The notes below the pieces were generated by a model. That model was given only the letters and a program-made list of their open reading frames with translations. It was not told where the DNA came from and searched no databases. A DNA stretch of 64,000 nt from Callorhinchus milii. Taxonomy: Eukaryota. How positions within the stretch are numbered: position 1 is the first letter of the stretch; the number at the start of each line of letters is the position of its first letter. The position numbers and the translations under genes are program-made. The stretch spans positions 7,254,001 to 7,318,000 of the forward strand of contig NW_024704745.1 of the NCBI RefSeq assembly GCF_018977255.1, written 5' to 3'. Below, piece by piece: positions 50,748 to 63,955 of the stretch.

Positions 50748-52859
50748 CAGGTGCTTATATAAAATATATAAGCAGCTTTCGTTTTGCTATTATTTCTGGT
50801 GTATGTGATACGTAATTTCAGAACCATAGATCCATTCATCTTATGGAAAACTCACGGCCCTAAATTTAGTAATCTTGAACTGCCAAGAGATCTTCTTTGG
50901 TAATGCAGAGGTCATTTTACACTATTTATTTTTGCTCCACAGAATCTTCAGGAGCAGACACACAGATATATGAATGCTCTTATTTATGATAGCTGTCTGC
51001 TGCTCGTTTCTCAATCCCTCCTCTCTGGCACCCTCTTCCAAAATCCCTTTGCCCGAAGCCTTCTCTCTCCACCTTCAAAACCCTGTTAAAGAATTACCTT
51101 TTTGATTGTGGGTTTGATCAACACCTTTAATTGCTCTCTCCTTTCCGCTAACAACCCCTTTTGTGAAGGTCTTCAAGACGTACATCCTACATAAAAAGCA
51201 CTATATAGTAAACTCCTAATAATTCATCACCCCAAGGGCAAAGGGCTCAGTGACGAATTTTCCGCAATGGCAAGTTAGGCATGTGTATAAATATATAAAT
51301 AAGTGCGTCCAGGATATTGACAGCATGATGACTGAAATAGTAGTGACAAGTTAAGTCAGAGTCAAGTTATCAGGAGTTTACTGTAAATGCAAGATGGTGC
51401 CCAAATATTGAATCCAACACCTTGCCTTACATCCCCTCAGGATAATGAAAGAAAGCAGTACTATCCTCACACTCATGTAAAACATGCACGCACACCAGTC
51501 CAAATCAGCTTCTTGTATTAAGCACTTTACTACTGGATCAAAGAGGTCTATGTTAAGTCAATGGGATCTCAGTTATTTGAAATGTGTGCATCTCAAAGAG
51601 AGCTCTGTGCATAATTATATTTTAATGCAAGATTGGGATAGCTATTTATTAACTTTTATGTTTCTTTACTGAAGTAATGCTCTACACCAAGCAGGATTGT
51701 TTACCTGCCCAGGTTCAGTAAATGATGCCCTCATTGTAAATATTGGCAGTTTTGAAACCAATAAACCCCTCAATTGCTCCGGTCTCCCATAAATGGCAAG
51801 GACCAATGTCCTAGTGTTAATGCCATACTGTGGTATAAAATCTGTCATTGAAACCTTTGGGATTATATTTCATATACAAAGCATAATTGAAAAATTGTCT
51901 GCAGACTAAGCTGTCTCAACTCTTCGCCTTTAGATCAATAATAGCTACTTAAAAAAAATTGCAGCTCAGTTTTAAAGCAGGCACAATTTAACTTATATTG
52001 CTTTCATAGACAATCAATGCAAAGCCTTTTTGTTATGTGGGTTATAACAAATGTTTACTGTGAAGAGGGCAGCCCTACCTACTATAGTGGCTCATCACAT
52101 CAAAATATCTCAAAGTGCTTTGCCATTTTGGCAAAGTCCCACAAATGGGGAAACAATAGAGGAAGGGAGAAAGTATGGTCAAGAATCACGATCAAGACCT
52201 AGAGCACCATCGATTATGCAGCTGTGGGATGTGATCTGTACTGAAGATATTTGCACACAGTGAGCAGCAACCAAAGGAAGTCAGGCACTTCCACACAGGA
52301 AATGGAAAAATCTGTAGGTCTGACCTTTCTAGTAACTGGGACTTTTCACATGTTTTACGAGAACCATGAAAGCCCCGGCTTGAAATGGAATTCCTTAATC
52401 TTTTGGTGGAAAACCAAACGAAAAGGGAATAAATGATGTGGACTCCTAGTATGTTCAGCATCTAGATAGGGTGTGAATGGAAGCTAGAGGCAAATAGACC
52501 AGGTGTTCCAAGGCTCGCGGGTAAAGGGAATCATAGACATCCTGCACACATGTGCAAACAGCACTGATGAAAGGAAATGACAGGTTGCATTTTAGTTCCC
52601 AGAATGAGCCAAGCGAGAAGCTCCCATTTAGACACACAAATACGGGTTGGTTACCTCCAAATGAGAATACCAACCTGAGGCACATTCCCTTTAGCAGCCT
52701 GAAATATTTTAAATGCAGGTTAATATTAATATCCCATGCCTTTGATATAGCACTTTATCACATCGTTGAGACGTCTCAAAGCGCTTTACAGAACATACTG
52801 TAAAGTGAATGAATTGCCTGATATTTTGTGGGTGAATTAATTGCCTGTTTATTTTCTAA

Positions 52860-53873
52860 ATGCTCCCTCTTGGTGATGTCAGCCGCAGACATGGGGTAAA
52901 TTTCCACATGTATGCGGATGACACCCAACTCTACCTCTCTGCCTCCACCCTGTACTCCAGGACTACTGGCGTCCCGACTGACTGCCTGTCCGACATCAAC
53001 TCCTGGACGAGGGCCAACTTTCTCCAACTCAACGTCAGCAAGACTGAGGCCTTCCTGATTGTCTCGCGCCAGCGCCTCCGCATCTCAGGTGCTGGCAGTA
53101 TCAGCCTCCACGGCTGCACTCTCAACCTCACTAAGCCAGTCAGGAACCTGGGTATCTTGTTTGACCCTGAAATATCCTTTTTTCCCCCACATCCGCCCCA
53201 TGACTGGCACTGCCTACCACCATCTCTGCAACATTGCCAGACTCCACCACTTCCTCACCTCTCAGGCTGCCGAAACCTTCACCCACGCATTCGTCACCTC
53301 AAGGCTTGATTACGAAAACTCTCTCCTCATCGGCCTTCCCAACTCTTCCCTTCACAAGCTGCAGATCATCCAAAACTTTGCAGCTCATGTACTCACACGC
53401 ACCAGGCTCCGTGACTCCATTAATCCCACCCTCGCCCGACTCCACTGGCTCCCCATCCCCCAGAGGAACGAGTTTAAGATCCTTGTCCTCACCTTTAAGG
53501 CCATTCATGGCCTTGCCCCCTCCTAACTCTCTGACCTGCGGACTCCCTACCAACCTGCCCGCCCCCTCCGTTCAGCGGGCTCCATGTCTCCCACCCGACC
53601 TGCTCTACCATCGGTGGCCGGGTTTTCAGCCTCTTTGCCCCCACACTCTGGAACTCCATCCCACGGTCCCTTTGCCTCGCTTCCTCCCTCGCATCCTTCA
53701 AGGCCAGTCTCTTCTCTTCAACCATGCCTTTGGTCTTCCTCCCACCTCTCCGCCTTCCCTCATCCATAAAAGCCCCCCTCCCCCACACTCGGGCACCGAC
53801 CCCTGACTGTTCAGCGCTTTGGGACGTCCTCCTGACGCGAAAGGCGCTCTATAAATATAATTTTGTTGTTGTT
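52860..53873 (+). mobile_element. L2-clade LINE 3' 1 kb, inserted in a minus-strand SINE
   Basis: Has [27 protein letters not shown] and [25 protein letters not shown]. The tail is ..gaaaggcgctctataaatataattttgttgttgtt. Host SINE halves are at about 52720-52835 and 53874-53935. Confidence 0.93.
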
Positions 53874-53946
53874 GGCGAAACGCGGCAATTGCGTACAGCA
53901 GGTCCAACAAAAAAAGTCATGGATTGAATGATTAATTCATTATTGA

Positions 53947-54311
53947 TTCCTGTAGCTCAGTGGTTAGAGCAATCCCGAGCAAGCGAGAGACCTGGGTTCG
54001 ATTCCCGGCAGGGAGAGATGTTGGGCAAGTTTCCTAACTCCACACGCCTGTTTACCTAGCAGTTAAGTAGGAACCTGGTTGTCAGTCGATTGGTGGATCT
54101 CGTTTCCGGGGGTAATAATTCCTTCAAAAAAAATAATAATAAATTAGTCACTATCCATGACTGTTTGTGGGACACTGCCTTGTGTGATTAGTTGCTGTGT
54201 TTCACGCACAAAATATAGCCAATTCATTTTACAGTATATTCTGTGAAGCGATTTGAGACGTCTCAAAGACGTGATAAGGCACTTTAACAAAATACAAGGA
54301 TTATTATTATT
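53947..54311 (+). mobile_element. Full-length tRNA-derived SINE (second family)
   Basis: A box TAGCTCAGTGG, B box GGTTCGATTCC, body ttgggcaagtttcctaactccacacgcctgtttacctagcag, a Deu-like 3' half and an (ATT)n tail. Confidence 0.85.
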
Positions 54312-55829
54312 TATTTTTTGAATTTTAGGTTAGGTTAGAATTGTTTGATTAGAATTTTATTGTGCACTGGACCAATCTTTTCCTATCCTTGGGTTGAGAG
54401 AAAGTGCAAGAACATAATTAATTTAAATACTTTCTTAGCTACGTATCCGCCAATTCATAAAGTCGCAGCAGATGGGCATGCTATGAAGTCCGTGGTATTT
54501 GTGAATTCTCTACATACAGTATAAATCTAGCTCCCTCTAAATTTGACAGGATGAAAACAGCCAAGAAAATTTTAAAAAAGCGATTTTGAAGAACATCATT
54601 TATACTCATTGCAACAAAATGATTTGTGTTGGTTTGATTTTTACCCACATTTTTATCCATAATCTTTCTGATTACACATGGGATATACTTCCCTCATTAC
54701 ACAAGACCTCATGTATCTTTTTCTAGCTGAGGCATGTGTGAGCATGCGTGCGTGCATATATACACACACACTCTAGTTTTCACGCCCCTTTTACCCAACC
54801 AGCCACTTAGATGCACAGGAGTGACCCAAGGTGACTCGATCATCAATATTCCAACTTGACGGGTTGAAAGAAAAGCGTTTTCAAATCTTATGGATGCAAG
54901 TTAGTATGAGTCCAGGTTTAACTACATATGAACTGCTACCCTCATACTCAAAGTCTACAATGTTTAACCCCAAGGCCTACAATTTTAAGTCCTTGGCGAG
55001 ATGTCTAGATTTATGGGCCACCATGTAGCAATGGAGAATGGGCCAAACCACTTGACAAACTCTCAAATCATTAGGAAAGGGGATCCTGTTCTCTCTCTCT
55101 GATCGAGTCCACGACTGCCCTGGTCAGTCAAAAAAACGGGCGCTGGGACAGTCTCGATCATTCCAGGGGGTAGCTTTCATCAGTCAAGCGGCAGCTCCAA
55201 CAAAAAGATCACTGTTCCAGTAAATTATCTGCCATTTGCATCAGCAAATGCTAATGGCTCGGTCTCTCTCTTTATTATCTTAGGTACCCGGTTTCAGTCA
55301 ATATTATTGAAATCTTTCCGTTCCCCCACCCCCCAACAATTAGCAAATCTCAAATTAGAATTTGCTGGAATAGCACCAGCCCGACGGCATGCTTTATGGC
55401 AATCCAATAATTCTAAGGCTTGCAAGCCTAGCAGATATCCCGCTCGGTTATGCGATGACTTCCAGCGCATCCCGACTGCATTATACATCATGGCAGAATG
55501 CTTTACGACAATCCAATACCATGGACACAACCCACTGCATTACGGCTTCGGTGCTACATCAAAAGAATGCAGCAGTGGATTGGTGTGCCCGCGTTTTCAA
55601 CCTTCAGAATTACAAATGCCATTTCTCTATCCCTTGCAACATGCAAGCTAGCGTTTTGGTTTTGCTCAGTGTCTTTCATGCTCCCAGTCCACTCTAATTT
55701 CATATGGTATTTATAGCTATCTCAAAGCTTTTGGAGAATTTGATCGTAGCGTTCAGAATCTAAGTTAGGACAGAAATATTGGTGCGTAGAGGCTAAATAT
55801 ATTTTGGACTGCACCGAGTTGAGGTCAGA

Positions 55830-56200
55830 ATTTGTACTTTACAAGAAGACATCTCAAAGTGCTGCACATTAATAGTCAAGTCTAGTGACTGATTTCTGTA
55901 GGCAAACACAGTTATTTTGCATGCAGAAAAATCCCACAAAGAACAATGAATTTATCTTGGGGATTGCTATTCAGGGCACTGGGAGAGACTTCCTTCTCTG
56001 CTCGAATTGTGCAGTGGGATGTTAAACATTGATTTGGCAATCAATGGGGCCTTATTTAATGTTCTATTGAAATGACAGCACTTCTAACAATGCAGAGTTC
56101 TTCCCAGTAATGCCAGCCTTTAGAGTATGAGCTCAACTCCCAACTTAAACCCATGACCTTCTGACAGAGATGAGAGTGCTACAAACAGAACTAGGCTCAT
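55830..56200 (-). mobile_element. Degenerate Deu-domain SINE
   Basis: catctcaaagtgc..atcccacaaag..ccatgaccttctgacagagatgagagtgctac: tail, body and head in reverse orientation. Confidence 0.55.
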
Positions 56201-59200
56201 ACCTATTTATCCTGTTTCCGAACTAAGTCGGGGGAAATTCTTCACACAATAAACCTCGACGACAGAGGGTCAGCAAACGTTTGTGCTGCGGCTTCGATGG
56301 GAAGCCTGGACCAGCTATTTTGTCAACTGCAAACACAAGGTGGGCGGTAACAAGCACAATACGCGTGGTGAACTAACGCGTAGCACTGCACAACACAGCA
56401 GTGCGACACAGGTTTCCCCCCCCCCCCCTCCCACATGGCAAACTCTCAAACTCAACCAGGTCAATTCAAATGGATTATGCAAAGGAAAATGGAATGGCAT
56501 GCTTTCACAACCTAGATACTGAAGCCTGGGTTGCAAAAGCACAGTACAGAAATAGGCAAGATGAACACCACAGAAATCAAGGGCACCAGCTGGCTCATTG
56601 CTTTGTGTAAAAAGTTGAATATATATTTTACCAAAAAAAACTTTCACTTAACATAGGGATAGTCCCAGGCCTCATTGTTGTTGCAGCCCCTCCCTTTTAC
56701 TGGGCTGTTTGATCTTCAAACGGCACATCCTGCATCCTGTGACATTTTCATAAGCCAACTGCAAAAAGGATTTGTTTTTGGCAGTCATGTACAATAGCTG
56801 GAGGGTCTCAGTTTTATTCCCAAACTCAATATTTCCAAAACTAAATATTTGCAAAACAGCCTTGTATGGCTGGCAAACCCCCCACGTTAACTTCTAGCGA
56901 ATGGAATGTGTCAGAGACAATGTGATTAACGGCTTGACCTGTTGGCATGAACAGAGCAGAATTCAAACCAACCATTACTGCTAAATTGGCCTTCACAAAA
57001 CAAGCACCAAAAAGGTTGTTGAACCCAAAACAAAACAGAAACTGTCTACTGAACGCATGGCGCTTCCAATTTCAACACGTCTCAAAGTGCTTCACGGTGA
57101 ATTGCTGTCAAATGTAGATTGTGTAGTTGTAGAGACTGATATATAGGCAGATGCTTATCAATTACTACCAACTGAGCTAAGCCAATACCTTAAACTTTGG
57201 TGCACTTGTACTCTTAGGTTGGTGTAGTCTGGTTGCCTCACTGAATCATCTCAGTTGTTCAGCGATGATCATTTTATGTAAATATCAGAAATGACTAATA
57301 TGGACGTCCCAGATGTTTCTAGAGATGTGCAGATACTTGCTTTCTTTCATCTACAGTGGGAGACATGACTGGTGAGCAGGTCATTTCACCCCACCCTCTC
57401 TGGTCCAAAATCCTGTTGGTTGGTAATCTTTGCAAATGACGATGTAAGTCAAGGTTGACACTCCAGTGCAGTACTGGGGAAGCTCTGTAATGTCAGAGGT
57501 GCCATTCTTCAGATGAGACATCAAACGGAGACATTAACTTCTTATTCAGATGGATGTTAACCCCGGGTAATGTCTTTGTTACACAGTCTCCATTACTATC
57601 CCAGAATAATATTTTTTTTCCGGTACACACTTGCTGGGAAAAGCTGCATTGACCAAGGTCAAATGCCTGTTCAAGTGCATGTTAAACATCCTGTGAAAGA
57701 AACTAGTGGAAAAGAGAAGAGTGGCCAACAATCCTACAAATTGGCATTTGCTTTATGGCTCTTCGTAAGATGTGGCTGTGCACAAATTGGCTGCCAAGGT
57801 AACAGGAGCAGAAATACCAAGTTGAAAAGCTACCACATTGGAAGCAAAATTTGTTTAAAGATTCTGGTTGCTCAAGGATAGTGCTCATTTCTATGAGTCA
57901 CATTTTTTGATCCTTTTACTTCATTTCCCATTTTCATGGACCGAAATCTGAGTGTCTCCTTCACTTGGGATCTTGTGCAAACGCTGCACAATTTCAGGAG
58001 ACAGCATGCAAAGCTATTTACTTCATTTAAAATGCCAATCTTATAGTATAGTCTAGTAGCGGTCTGTTGTGTCTATCTAAAAGTCATTGTGTTTGCCAAG
58101 TTTCATTCGTAACGGAAGATATGCATTTCATATTGGCCAACGTGTCTGCTCAGGCCCAGGTTATTGGAGTTCGATCGATATGAAACAACTTGGCAGCACT
58201 CATTCCTCCCAGGATTTCAAATCACCTGCAGCACGGTTTTATCATTGGAGTGAAAGCTTACAGAGATTCCAAACATATTGTTGTAGACAGACAGACTCCA
58301 TGCGCTTGGTTAAGCCGTCGGGCACCCAGAAACTTTCAATCCAATTTGATTCCCAGCAAATGACACCGATTGATTGAGAGGGGGGCGCGGGGAAGAAAGA
58401 ATGATGCGTTTCAGCATGCTGCACTCCATCTCCAAAATATGTCACTGTGAAGGTGCAGAAAACACCTTTCCTTGGCCAGGCTGACAATACTTGTAAACTT
58501 TTAGAAAAGGCCGACAAACTGCTGAACTTTTGCCAACCTCTGTAACATTAGGATTTTGCCTTTTAAATAAAAACGTAGCACATTTTGGCAAAGCTCTGCA
58601 GAGGCAGCTTCTCCCCATCCCCACCCAGAAAAAAACAACCAACCAAACTACAGCTGATGCACATCCCAACTGGTCCAGTTGGTCCTGCTGCCAATACGCC
58701 ATGTTTAGGTGGTCATTTTCTACTGCATCTGAAAGATGCACAATGCCAAAGGTGCAGAGTAAATAACGGAGGCCTGTCATTGCACTCATGCAAAACCCAC
58801 CTCTCCTCCAAGCAGGGACCTTGGACATACCTTTGCTTTAGTCTGCACAGCTGTATGACCTTTGCACAGCTTGGAGCTCCCACACCCACCGCTGAAAGTC
58901 GCAAGCTGCTGTGCAGTCTTGTTTTAAGGCCGGGGCTCGTTTTGCCAGGAAATATTATGCTAAGCGCAGGATAGCTGCAGGACATTAAAACAACACTCTA
59001 TGGCAGTATTTATGTCAGCGCTTTCTCCTGTCCTGCAGCAAAGAAATTGCTAAATAGAATTTACACAAAAAGATTTATTGGGGAGGGAAGTAGTGATTTA
59101 TTTTAAAAAAACAAGTTTCTCAGAAAGGTAGGGGATTTAGACCATTGCATCTTTGTCACTTGTTTTTCCAAATTGCTCCCTTTTTATTAATCTCACTCTC

Positions 59201-59214
59201 CAGTTGTCTGCCCA

Positions 59215-59590
59215 TATCCCTTAATATTCCCAGCAGATCGGGTTCAAGATGCTCGTTCTCACCTTGCAACCCAGCCTGCTCCCTTTGTTCAGTGAAGGCT
59301 TACTTCTTGTTCCCCTGTCCTATCTGCCCCACCATTGATGTCAGGCTTTTAGCCTTTCTGCCTCCACTCTCTGGAACTCCATCCTGGAGTCTCTCCGACT
59401 CGGTCCCTCCCTCACCCTGTTCAATGTTCACCTCGAGACCTACTTCTTTGACTGAGATTTTGGTCATCCTTCACCTCCCCACCCGCTGTGGCTCCCAATT
59501 CCCAGCTCAGGTGCCCAGCCACTACACTTAAGCTCTTTGGGATGTCCTCCAATACAAAAGGCACTTTAATACATGTAAATTTGTATTGAA
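59215..59590 (+). mobile_element. L2 3' fragment
   Basis: gggttcaagatgctc..cccaccattg..ctctggaactccatcc..ctttgggatgtcctcc..aaaggcact..tttgtattg. Confidence 0.7.
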
Positions 59591-60699
59591 TTATAATACT
59601 GTACTTTTACTACTTGCGTACCCTTTTAAACCCATTCCCCCAATCCAAGCTCAACACCCACTTGTGGTTACTCTAGAGTATGTAGAAAACTGCTGCCTGC
59701 TCATCTGTTTTATCTGATTGGAGACATACCAGTCCAAATGCTCCTTGCCCAGTAATACTCAGCATTCCAACTGGAAGGCTCTATTTAACTGCTACCTTCA
59801 GCAATTAGCGAGTACAGAAACTTTTGGGTTATCAAATTGGCAGCCCTGGTGCTCATTTCCTGGGCTCAGCCGAACTGAGGATGACTCAAAACCAAGCTCA
59901 ACTGTTTCCACATCAATCACACCTGGAAGATTAAAGTAATGCCTGCAGCCACAAAGGCTGCGCCCTTTTGAGGTTTGCTGTTAAGGTATCTGGACGCAGC
60001 AAAGGTATTAGAATTAGTCACACTGTTTAGATGCATTCAACTTCTGTACACAATACGCAAAAGTCGTTTGAAGATACTGTGTAAAAAAAAATCTTAAACA
60101 CTGTCCAAAAATGAGCTCATGAGCATTTAGGTGTGAGCTCGACTCTGTCAGTCATACTCTTGCCTTTGATTCAGAAAGTTACAGGGTTCAGCCCAAAGTC
60201 CAGTGCAGGTCGAAATTCCTCTGCTACTAGGGAAACGCTGCATTGTAAAAGGTGCCATCCTTCGAATGAGACCTAAAACTGAGATTCCTTTCATCTACCT
60301 GTTCTTAACAGATTAAAGATCCCTTGACACTATTGGAGAAGACAAGGCAGTTTCTCCCAATGTCCTGACCAGCAATCAATCAATCCTCCACATAAAATTG
60401 ATTTATTGTTTCATGGCGGTTTTGAATGGAATTATTCCTCAGACATGGTTCCACTAGTATAGGGCTCTCCAGTAAAGGAAATAATTATCTGAAAATGCAG
60501 GGTGGGGTGGGAGAAGAAGAAAGAAGGGAGTTTCTCCCAATGTCTTGGCTAACAATTCCTCAGGTAAAGTTAATCATTCACTACCTGGCTGTTTGTGTTT
60601 GTGGGGAACGACGCTGCGTTCAAATTGGCTGCCGCGTTCCCCTGCAACTCAGAGTCTCAAAGCGCTTCACAGGATTTACTGCAAAGTGCAGTGGCACAC

Positions 60700-61046
60700 A
60701 GTCCTGTGGAGTAGTGCTTAGAGCACTCACCTCGCGAGAGGACCGAGGCTCGATGCTCAGGCGAGGCTGAAACCTTACGCAAGTTTCCTTCCTCCACAGA
60801 CGTTTTTGTTTATCAAGCAGTAAGTAGGAACCCGGTTGTTAGTCGATTGGCGGATCGCTTTCCGGGGGTAATAAGCCCTCATGAAAAAGTTGGCCACTGA
60901 ATCCACGACCGTTTGTGGGACACTGCTGTGTGCAATTGGCTGCCGCGTTTCGCCCACAAAATACACAGTCAATCCATTTGACAGTATATTCTGTGAAGCT
61001 CTTTGTGATGTCTCAACATCAAATACAAGGATTATTATTATTATTT
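60700..61046 (+). mobile_element. Second SINE family copy
   Basis: The body gcaagtttccttcctccacagacg..gcagtaagtaggaacccggttgttagtcgattggcggatc..ttccgggggtaataa is colinear with 53947-54311, and an ATT tail follows. Confidence 0.8.
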
Positions 61047-62289
61047 GCAGTAAATCCGGTGATGTGCTTTGAGACATCCTCCCGATCCGAAAGTCAGCGT
61101 GTGGATGCTTGGTATGAATTTCTAATACATTTTGGCATTTAGAAAGTTTTTTTTGTGGGGGGTGGGGGGGTTGGGCGGGGGTGTAGAAATGAAGTGGAAG
61201 AATCCTGTTGAGAAATCAGATGCGTGGCTGTGTTTTTTTTGTTAAAGGTTAAAGGAAAGGAATCACCTCCAAAGAGTTGGACCCGAATCAGTGATTTTCC
61301 ACTCGTATCACTTATGGCACTGCAACCAGAGCATGTGGAGAGCAGAGGCACAGCGCAGCAAAGCAGATTGAGTAAAGCACATTGATTTTGTTTTAAGTTT
61401 AGTACAAAAAAGAAAAAAGTAGAGATGTATCCGCTTTAGCCAATGCAAGCGTTAGCAGATCTGCATTCTAGAAAAAAACACAATCCAGTTTTGTTTCATT
61501 TTGTTTTTTAAAAAAAGGTTATATTTGGCGCAGTGTTAGCAAACTTCTTTAAAGTTAGAGCTGCTTTAAGGATTCTTGTGTGGCAACCCACTCTGTGTGT
61601 GGATGTGTTAATGTAAACCGACCCTGTTCTGTTTGTCTAGGTTTCAATCCCTGCTGGGAAGCATCTGCCAAAACAGTGCAGTGGGAGGACTGATCCCATT
61701 TTGCTTTGCAGTTTTATTTTTAATTCGTTTTTTTATTTTATTTATTTTGCGCAAAAATTTGGGGGAACAAATCGGTGGTGGATGGAAGCATTTTACAGGA
61801 GAAATTATCTGCTCATTCCTCTTCTTGCTATCAGCCTTTCAGGTAAGGTGGGTATTTTTTTCAATACAGGGTAAAGTTTGGCTGTTAACTTTGCCCCACT
61901 CCCTCCCTCCCTCCTTAAATTGACACGAGTTTTCTTTCGAGGATGCTTTCATTGTACAATCAAAGCCTTCCCCTCATCTCCTACCCCACTTTACCCCCGA
62001 ATCAGTCCCTAATCTCTGATCCCAATAGTCACTCACATACAATATCAAAAGGGTTTTAGGGTCAGTCACCGAATAAAGCAATCAGAGGTTAGATTGAAGA
62101 TAGATCACAAGCACTTTAGTTTTTTTTTGCCTTAAAGTACAATCAGGTCAACACCAAATCTATTTTGCCTTAAAACCTAAAGTTGTTGGAAATTGTTTAA
62201 TCCAAGTCTGATGTTGGTTGGTTTCCAGAACAGGAGAAAACCTGCATCCCTCCCCCACCACCCATTAAAATTGGATTCACGTTCACGTG

Positions 62290-62665
62290 TGTGTCAGTTG
62301 TTCAGAAGGTCTGAGTCAGAAGGTTGTGGGTCTCAAGCCCCACCACATGCGAGGGATCATCGCATTGTCAGAGGTGCCGTCACGCAGATGAAACATTAAG
62401 TCCCGGGTGGAGGTTAAAGATCCCACAGAACTATTTCAAAAGAGAAGGGGATTAGTTTCTCTCCCGGTGTCCTGGGCGACAGTCCATTGCCCCCCCCACA
62501 CCCGATAAAACAAATTGTTCGCTTCACTGTTTAGTGGGGATGTGGCTGTGCGCAAATTGACTGTTTGCCTACAAAATACACAATCACTGCGCTTTAACGT
62601 AAAATCCTGTGAATCGCTTTAAGGCGTCCTCCCGATATGAAAAATGCCTCATCGGCTGCAATCAT
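62290..62665 (+). mobile_element. Deu-domain SINE
   Basis: ctgagtcagaaggttgtggg..gtcagaggtgccgtc..aaagatcccac..ctcccggtgtcctgg..gctgtgcgcaaattg. Confidence 0.75.
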
Positions 62666-62829
62666 TACTATTTAAATATCCGTTTCACATGGCAGCCGGG
62701 CACAATGTGTAACCACGTATTGTTGCAGTAGTTTGCCTTCCTACTGCTGCTCCTACTTTGCTTATGTCGGAAGCGTCTTATCGTAAATGCAAGTTAATCT
62801 CACCTTTACTCAAGCACATTCGCAAGACA

Positions 62830-63175
62830 GATACAACAACATTAGGAGGGTGCCCCAAAGTGCTGGACACTCAAGGATTGGGGCCCCGAGCTGGGGGTTG
62901 GGATCAGGAGGGGTGGAGAGCAGGGAGGTTGGGGGTGGGAGGGTGACCAAAGGGGTGGTCAAAGAGAAGGATCTTGAGAGGTGTCTTGAAGAAGGCAGGG
63001 AAGGGGGCGAATTAAAGGGACTGTGAGATCGAGTTTCAAAGGGTGGAGCAAAGAAGCTGAAGGCCTGACTGCCAATGGTGGGGCAGGCAGGGCGGGGGAC
63101 ATGGAGCAGGTCGATATGGAGTTAGCAGGTCACAGAGGTAGGGAGGAGCAAGGCAGTGGAGGTCTTTGAAAGCAA
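62830..63175 (-). mobile_element. L2 3' fragment
   Basis: acaacaac..gtgccccaaagtgctggaca..gggtggtcaaagagaagg..gccaatggtggggcagg mirrors 11608-12095. Confidence 0.75.
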
Positions 63176-63195
63176 AGGGCACCATAATACTGCAT

Positions 63196-63624
63196 TAGCA
63201 GCCTGGCACAGTTGGTAGGACTCTCGACTTTGAGTCAGGAGGTTGTAGATTCAAGCCCTACATCTGGACTTTGAACTCGCATGGTATAGGCTAAGGCTCC
63301 AATGAAGTACTGGGGAGCACTGAATTGTCAGAGGTGCCATCCTTCAGATAAGATGTTAACCTGAGGTCCCGTCTGCCTGTTCAGGTGGACGTTAAATATC
63401 TCAAAGCACTGTTCGAAAAGAGAAGGGAGTTTCTCCAGGTGTCCTGGCCAACAATCCCTCAAATACAATTGGCCACTCACTCCTTGGCTGTTTGTGGGAC
63501 CTGGCTGTCGTGTTTTGCCTACAATATACACAGTCAGTCCTCTGTACAGTATATCCTGTGAAGTGCTTTGAGACGTCTCGACAATGTGATAAGGCGCTCT
63601 ATCAAATGCAAGGATTATTATTAT
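63196..63624 (+). mobile_element. Full-length Deu-domain SINE (SacSINE1-like)
   Basis: tRNA head, then the Deu core gtcagaggtgccatccttcagataagatgttaacctgaggtcccgtctgcctgttcaggtggacgttaaa, then an L2-like tail gataaggcgctctatcaaatgcaaggattattatt. Confidence 0.85.
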
Positions 63625-63739
63625 ATTTTGTGAAGCGCTTTTGGATATCCTCCTCATTTGAAAGGCATGATATCAAGTGTAAGGATTATTATTATAACTA
63701 TTGTTACAATATAAACATTGTTACAATGTAAATAATGTG

Positions 63740-63955
63740 TCTTTTCCAATATGCCATGGGGTTTTGAAAGTTAGATGAGGCTCAATTTAATGACTCATCT
63801 GAAGGACGGCATCTCCCAATTAGGCAGCACACCCCCAGCACTACATTGGAGCGTCAGCTTGGACTACATGAGTTCCAGGTCCCAATGTGGGGTTTCAACC
63901 CACAACCTTCGGACACAGAGGCGAGAGTGCTACCAGTTGAGCCAAGCTGACACAG
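63740..63955 (-). mobile_element. Deu-domain SINE 5' half, inverted relative to 63196-63624
   Basis: The reverse complement is gtcagcttggctcaactggtagcactctcgcctctgtgtccgaaggttgtgggttgaaacccc..gagatgccgtccttcagatgag. Confidence 0.8.

Noticed and set aside
53947-54015. Apparent tRNA gene
   Set aside because: The anticodon arm is damaged and the sequence runs straight into a SINE body present in several copies, so it is a SINE head.
60720-60760. GAG|GTGAGT donor on the APP strand as a possible exon 1 end
   Set aside because: It lies in a SINE tRNA head, with no signal-peptide ORF or CpG island. Exon 1 is probably beyond position 64000.
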